Origin: Octopus vulgaris
Taxonomy: Eukaryota
Assembly: GCA_951406725.2 (NCBI GenBank)
Contig: OX597831.1
Coordinates: forward strand, 41,230,001-41,294,000
DNA length: 64,000 nucleotides
Direction: 5' to 3'
In this document: piece by piece, positions 57,991 to 64,000 of the stretch
How positions within the stretch are numbered: position 1 is the stretch's first letter
How the letters are laid out: the number at the start of each line of letters is the position of its first letter
Program-made: the position numbers and the translations under genes
The notes under the pieces: generated by a model
The model's input: the letters and a program-made list of their open reading frames with translations, nothing else
Told to the model about the DNA's origin: nothing
Database searches by the model: none

Positions 57991-60900
57991 TGGGCTTCAA
58001 AAACGAAGATGGCACCAAAGTGGGAAAAGAAAGAGTTAAATCTTCTGTTACAAGCATGGATGATTGCTAGTGGCGATCCGCCAAACATCATCACTGCTAC
58101 GCTAAAGAACAATGACTTTCATAGAACCATTGACCAGATAGAACGGAAGAAAAATGAATTTATCCGGTCTTACATGCTTATAAGACCACACATCAACACC
58201 TTGGATAACATAATTGAAAATTATTGTGGCAAGGCTAATAAGGATGAAGAGGACGAAAAAGAAAAAGAACCCGGAAGTCTCTGTAATCCAGAGGTTCCTC
58301 AAGAAAATAGATCACCTACCCCGGTGAACGACCGGGCAGAGAAGGATAGGGGAGCCAAGGGAGCAGAAACTGGAAGCCCCCCTGTACCAGTGGTCCTACA
58401 AAGAAATGAGAAATTAGAAAGAACAGAAGAAAAAAAGAAGGACGGAAAACAAAAATAAAGAAGGAAAGGAAGGAAAAGGCAAAACAACCAAAGCTGAAAC
58501 CCCAACCCACCACACAAACAGAAGAAAACCCCATGGAGGATCCAACGCCACCCAGTACACTTTAGGAAAGAAGACATCTGGAAGGCACCGAAGAACCTGT
58601 GTAAATTCTACCTACGGGGCAAATGTTGGCATGGGGAGGACGGCAAAAACTGCCGGTTTGCCCACCCGACACCCCGCCAGAACTTCAGGGGACTCAAAGA
58701 GAAAAGCTTTACTGAGGGAAGACAAGAAATGTCTCCCAGGAAAACATTCAGAAAAGAAGTTTGCTCCTCGAATGTTCTGCGCAACGCAGCAGCTGAGCAA
58801 GAGTCTTTTTTGTGCATGGCGCAAAGGATTGTCCAGCAGCTAACCTGGCTACACCAAGCACAAAGAAGGAACTTTGCCCACCACTATGCAAGACCACCAC
58901 AGTCAACAGACACGGGATGGCCTCCCCCAACGCCTGCACAGCCGTCACCCCAATACTTTTACTAAACATTGGGGGCCTCTTGCGTCAAAATAAAAACAAA
59001 ATGTCTTTCCTGAGAGATCTTACTGCATGCAATCAAGCCCTATGCATAGCACTCGTGGAAACTCACCCCAGACCTGATATAGAGGACGCAGAAGTACACG
59101 TACCAAACTATGCCATACTGCGAACAGACGGAAGGGAAAGGAGCCATGATGAAGTTGCTGTATACATCCGGGATGACCTCACACCCCAGGTCATACTGAC
59201 AAACTCAAATTCGGTATGTGACACTTTAATTGTATACATAAGACAACATAATATAGTCATATGGAATACATATTGCCCACCGGTAGCTCCAAACCACATA
59301 GGCAAGTTTAAGATTGCCTCACAAGAATTAAAGAAATCCTCATGAATCTGGAACACAACGTGACCATATTTCTTATGGGTGATTTCAACTTCCCCAACGT
59401 CAAATGGCCTGAAGGTCTCATACTCTCAGGAATGAATCATTGCAAGCAAGTACAGGTGGAGTCCCTGCTCAACCTCACCAATGCCTTATTCATGGAGCAA
59501 GTTGTACTCAAGCCAACTAGAGCGAATAACATTCTGGATCTCTGCTTCACGAACAATATGGACATCATTCATGATGTGAAAGTGACACCGACATTGGTCT
59601 CAGATCACAACATAATAGAGCTGTCTATGTTTGGGCCGAAAGTAACCAGAGACATACAGCCTAAAGAAAGCACCCGAAATCTCTCCAATCTGAACTTCAA
59701 CAAAGTAGATTGGAAATCGATCCAAAAAGAGATCCTCAGAGAGGACTGGCCGAAATGTCTCTCCACACTAGACATTGACATGAAACTAGAATGTTTCATG
59801 TCTTCTGTGCAAGCCGTATGCCAGAAATATGTCCCAGAGCACAAGGCCAAAACAAATAGGAGCAAGATTCCAAGAGACAGGAAGATCCTCATGAGACGAC
59901 GGACGAAGGTTGCAAATCGACTCAACCAACATCCCAAAAGTAGCGAAACGTCTCGCCTAAAAACAACACTGATGGAGATCGAAAAAAGGCTGCAACAATC
60001 CTATGTGAGGGAGAAAGCAGACAAAGAAGCCTGGGTTATAAAAGACATTAAATCAAACCCAAAGGCCTTCTTTCATTACGCGAAAGAAACAGTCTCAGTA
60101 CACTACAAGATAGGACCCCTCCTCCAAAAGGATGGCTCCCTCACAGACAGTCCAACTAAGATCAGTGAGATACTGAATGACCAGTTCAAAAGTGTCTTTA
60201 CCACCCCGTTGGAACACAGACAAGTGAACGAACCAGTGGACTTCTTTGCCGCCTCACCTATAACCAGCGAGGCAGTTACAATAGAATACATTGACATTAA
60301 CGAAGATGTCCTACTAGCCATAGATGAAGTGGACACAAACTCAACTGCTGCTCCTAATGGTTTCCCAGCAATCCTCCTCAAAGCGTGTAAGCATGTCCTG
60401 GCAAAACCCCTCAAGATTCTCTTCCAGAGCTTTCTTACAAATGGCAAACTGCCAAGCAAGCTGAAGGAGGGAATAATATGCCCAATACATAAAGGGGGAA
60501 GTAGAGCAGATGCCAAAAACTATAGGCCTATCTCTCTGACTTCACACATCAGCAAAGTTATGGAACGGATAGTCAGAAAGAAACTAATCGCATTCCTTGA
60601 GGAAAATAACTTGCTGAGTGATACCCAGCATGGTTTTCGACCAGGTAGGAGCTGCCTGACCCAGCTCTTACAACATTATGACTGGGTGTTGAGGCAGTTA
60701 CTCAACAAATCAAATGTGGACGTAATATACCTTGATTTTGCAAAAGCTTTTGACAAGGTGGATCATGGTATGATATGCCACAAACTGCGTGACCTCGGCA
60801 TAGCTGGAAAACTTGGGAATGTGGTTACATGACTTCCTGAAAGATAGGAGTCAGGCAGTAGTGGTTAATGGAGCCACCTCTATGAACACACAAATAGTGA

Positions 60901-61972
60901 GCGGTGTTCCACAGGGCACTCTCTTGGGACCAATGCTTTTTATAGTGGCCCTCTCAGATATACCCTCAAATGCCCGGATAGCCACTCTGGCAAGCTATGC
61001 AGACGATAGGAAAGTCTCGCAGAAAATACAGAACCCCAGCGATATTGCACACCTACAGCAGGAGTTGGACTCAATCTACAGATGAGCTGAGGATAATAAT
61101 ATGCAGTTTAATGATGAAAAATTCCAGGCCCTGCGCTATCAGCATACAAAACTGAATATTAAACTTACAGAGTACACCGGTCCACAGGGAATTTCAATCC
61201 CAGAGCCTAAGTCTGTGAGGGACCTCGGTATCGACATGAGTGATGATGCCTCTTTCCAAGTGCACATTACCAGGATGGCGACAAAGTGCAGACGACTGGC
61301 TGGATGGATCCTACGAACATTCAGAACCAGAGATAAGGAAACCATGATGGTCCTCTGGTGGACATTCGTCCTCAGCAGCCTGGATTACTGCTCACAGCTA
61401 TGGTCACCCACCAGTGTGAAATGAACAGCGAACCTTGAAGCAATCCAGAGAAGATTCACAAAGAAGATCGTCTCTTTGCAACAGCTCAGCTACTGGGAAA
61501 GGTTGAAACAGCTAAGACTCTACTCCCTGGAGAGAAGACGGGAGATGTATGCAGTAATATATATCTGGAAGATCCTGGAAGGAATTGTGCCAAATGTTGG
61601 CATTGTAAGCTACACCAATGCTAGATCGGGACGACACTGCATAGTACCACAGATCCCAGCAATGCCATCACGCTTCAGGACCAGCTACTGCAACAGCCTG
61701 AGTTTCAAGGGCCCACAGCTTTTTAATATTCTCCCAAAGAGTCTGAGGAACTTGCACAAAGTAGGTGTAGCGGTTTTTAAATCAAAGATGGACATCTTCC
61801 TGTCGAGAGTCCCAGATGAACCTACCTCACGGCAAGAGGTGCAAATGAACGTAGCTATATCAAACTCCATTCTTCACCAAGTGCCACATATTAGAGGAGG
61901 CTCTTAGTAATAACAGTGTAGCACAAAACGGCGGTGCATCAGCATGGCCGCAACTCTGAGCTGAAACAAAAA
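57990..61972 (+). mobile_element. Near full-length, decayed CR1-group LINE (ORF1 plus APE-RT ORF2)
   Basis: ORF2 runs from about 58917 to 61907, with APE motifs LLNIGGL, LVETH, MGDFNFP, PTRANNILDL and SDHN, RT motifs and YADD. Several stops and frameshifts. Confidence 0.93.
58009..58965 (+). pseudogene. LINE ORF1 with a CCCH-type zinc finger and two premature stops
   Basis: ORFs 58009-58458 and 58729-58965 share one frame. Between them is CKFYLRGKCWHGEDGKNCRFAH (58600-58665). Confidence 0.65.
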
Positions 61973-62003
61973 ATATATATATATATATATATACATATAT
62001 ATG

Positions 62004-62035
<32 letters not shown>

Positions 62036-62151
62036 CATATGTATATATATACACATATGTATATATATATACATATATTTACATATATATATATACATAC
62101 ATATATATATACATATATACACATATTTGTGTGTGTGTATACATATAATAA

Positions 62152-62922
62152 TATAGAGTAAAATTAATTAATTAATAATTAATAATTTTACTAAGTAGTC
62201 AGTACGTTAAAAAAACTTTTTTAGGTGAATTATACAAAATATTCTATTATTATATACATAATTATTATCAGGGGTTAGCTAAGTGCCTCGCCACCTACTG
62301 AATTAGAAATAGACGTTAAAATCTTTTCAACTACCATTAAAATCTCCGAGACAATAACACACTTTTTTTTATGTAGGTAAAAAGAAAAATTATGAATCCA
62401 CACGATTTCGGTTAATCTCAGACGTGTTTCGAATTTAAATTAAATTATATTTACCTATTATTCTCTTCGGTGTGATACTCCGAGTTATAAGTTTGCGAGT
62501 GTTAGGATTAAATATTTATGCGATCAAGCGTCATCGCATAACTGATATTCAACCTCACTTCGAAAAATATACAGCCTAATGTGATACATATCCTTTATAC
62601 CCACGTGTGTGTTAAGACCAATCCCGCAGAAGAACTGCAGTTTCGATCATGGAGGAAATTATAATTTTAATACTAATATAGGGTGAAATTAATTAACTGT
62701 GACCGCGTCCATATTTAATCCTAACACTCGCAAACTTATAACTCGGAGTGCCACACAGACGAGAATTATAGGAACATATAATTTACTTTAAATTCGAAAT
62801 GAGTCTGTGATTAACAGAAGTCGTGTGGTTTCATCATATTTCTTTTTACCTTCATATAAAAGTATGTTATTGTTTCGGAGATTTTCATGGTAGTTGAAAA
62901 GACATTAGCGTAATTCAGTACA

Positions 62923-62925
<3 letters not shown>
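62152..62925. mobile_element. Older, diverged fold-back insert in (TA)n with HHR motifs
   Basis: Arms at about 62310-62515 and 62711-62920. Minus strand 62476->62415 reads atcaca-CCGAAGA-gaat...attc-GAAA-c(ac)g-TC-tgagat; a decayed mirror copy lies at 62750-62811. Confidence 0.7.
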
Positions 62926-62993
<68 letters not shown>

Positions 62994-63009
62994 TATATAT
63001 AAGTCATTT

Positions 63010-63200
63010 CGATGACGTCCGTCTTCTCTGCCCCGCCCTAAATATGGCGAGCTTTCACAGTTACCATCTACCATATTCACTCACAAATCGTAAGTAATCG
63101 CGGAGACTATAGCATCAGACATTCGCTCAAGATGCCGTGCAGTGGGACAAACTCAAATTCACATAATTGCAAAGCTAGCTTTCTTGACCACACTGCAATG
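63010..63200 (-). mobile_element. Highly diverged SINE family B 5' half
   Basis: tctaccatattcactcacaa...gctcaagatgccgtgcagtggga...ccacac. Confidence 0.55.
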
Positions 63201-64000
63201 CCTGTCTGATGTTTGCAAAAATCGACAAGCGTTACATCATCTCCAAACTGAAGCAAATGTAAAAAAATATGAAGATCCAAGGGAAATAATGTAAAGAGTT
63301 GTTTCCCTTGCTGAACGGCATAAACCTAAGTTCTCTGGAGCTATGCATATTCGATTCGCTACAGTATTTTGACACCGAATAATTACTTCGCCACAACCGC
63401 TGATTAACGAACAATATTTCCAATTTAAAAGTATTGATTTTACACAGTATACCCATATAGTAAATTTAGAAAGTATTCCTCCCGTCCCACCACCATTTTC
63501 TCGCAAATTATTGTTTTTTTGTTTTTTTTTAATTTCATTTGCCAAAAACCCACGTTTTCGGATACGGAGATTCCGGGGAATTGCCAAAAACCGGTATTTT
63601 GATATTTTTTGCCCTCCCCGCTCCAATTCTTTATTTTTCACTTTTTTCCGTAAACCTAACCCTAAAACCCTAAGTAGAAAAAGTCTTGGACATTTTTTTC
63701 AGACTCATAATCTCCGTACTTTTCCGCATATTTTGAAAAAATCAAAATTTGTGAAAAAAGTTTAAAATGAAGAATTTAGAAGGGGTGCAATTTCAAAATG
63801 CCGACGTTTGCCTTTTATCTATTTATTTTTTTCTTTGCAGATTCGTATTCTCCGTATAGAAAAAAAAATTAAATTTCAAAAAGGGGTGTTTTCGGGGTAA
63901 GGGTACAAAAGGAAGTCTTGCCGTAAATTTATTCATGCTATGTTGTCTGAGAGTAAGGAAAGGTAAAAATAAGGATTCGTAATTATTTTTAAAAGCTTCA

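Noticed and set aside
57324-58070. 248-aa Leu/Ser/Pro-rich ORF
   Set aside because: The CT-rich tract lacks stops because of its composition.
63650-63673. Telomere-like ccctaa motifs
   Set aside because: Only 2-3 imperfect units inside an interspersed repeat.

Overview
AT-rich, microsatellite-saturated eukaryotic DNA, intergenic or intronic. The repeat repertoire (two tRNA-derived SINE families with internal microsatellites, dense (TA)n/(CA)n/(CATA)n/(TAA)n) resembles an Octopus/coleoid genome; this is an inference. No confident host gene was found, and nearly all ORF-track entries are translated microsatellites. The real coding sequence is all decayed transposon: two CR1-group LINEs (one near full length), Tx1/L1-like LINE fragments, an R4/Dong-like LINE 3' end, a Helitron Rep/helicase remnant plus two non-autonomous Helitrons, and two Penelope-like (GIY-YIG) 3' ends. 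The main hidden signal is that many short 'unique' islands inside (TA)n tracts carry type I hammerhead-ribozyme (HHR) motifs. I read about 20 such motifs by eye, from more than a dozen unrelated families, and they often form fold-back palindromes with an asymmetric tail. One is physically linked to a GIY-YIG endonuclease remnant and has a compensatory U3-A8 core. Another is a non-coding ~643-bp tandem, circularly permuted unit with one HHR per unit, resembling a retrozyme or circRNA-derived retroelement. All folds were assigned by eye, and no cleavage activity is demonstrated.
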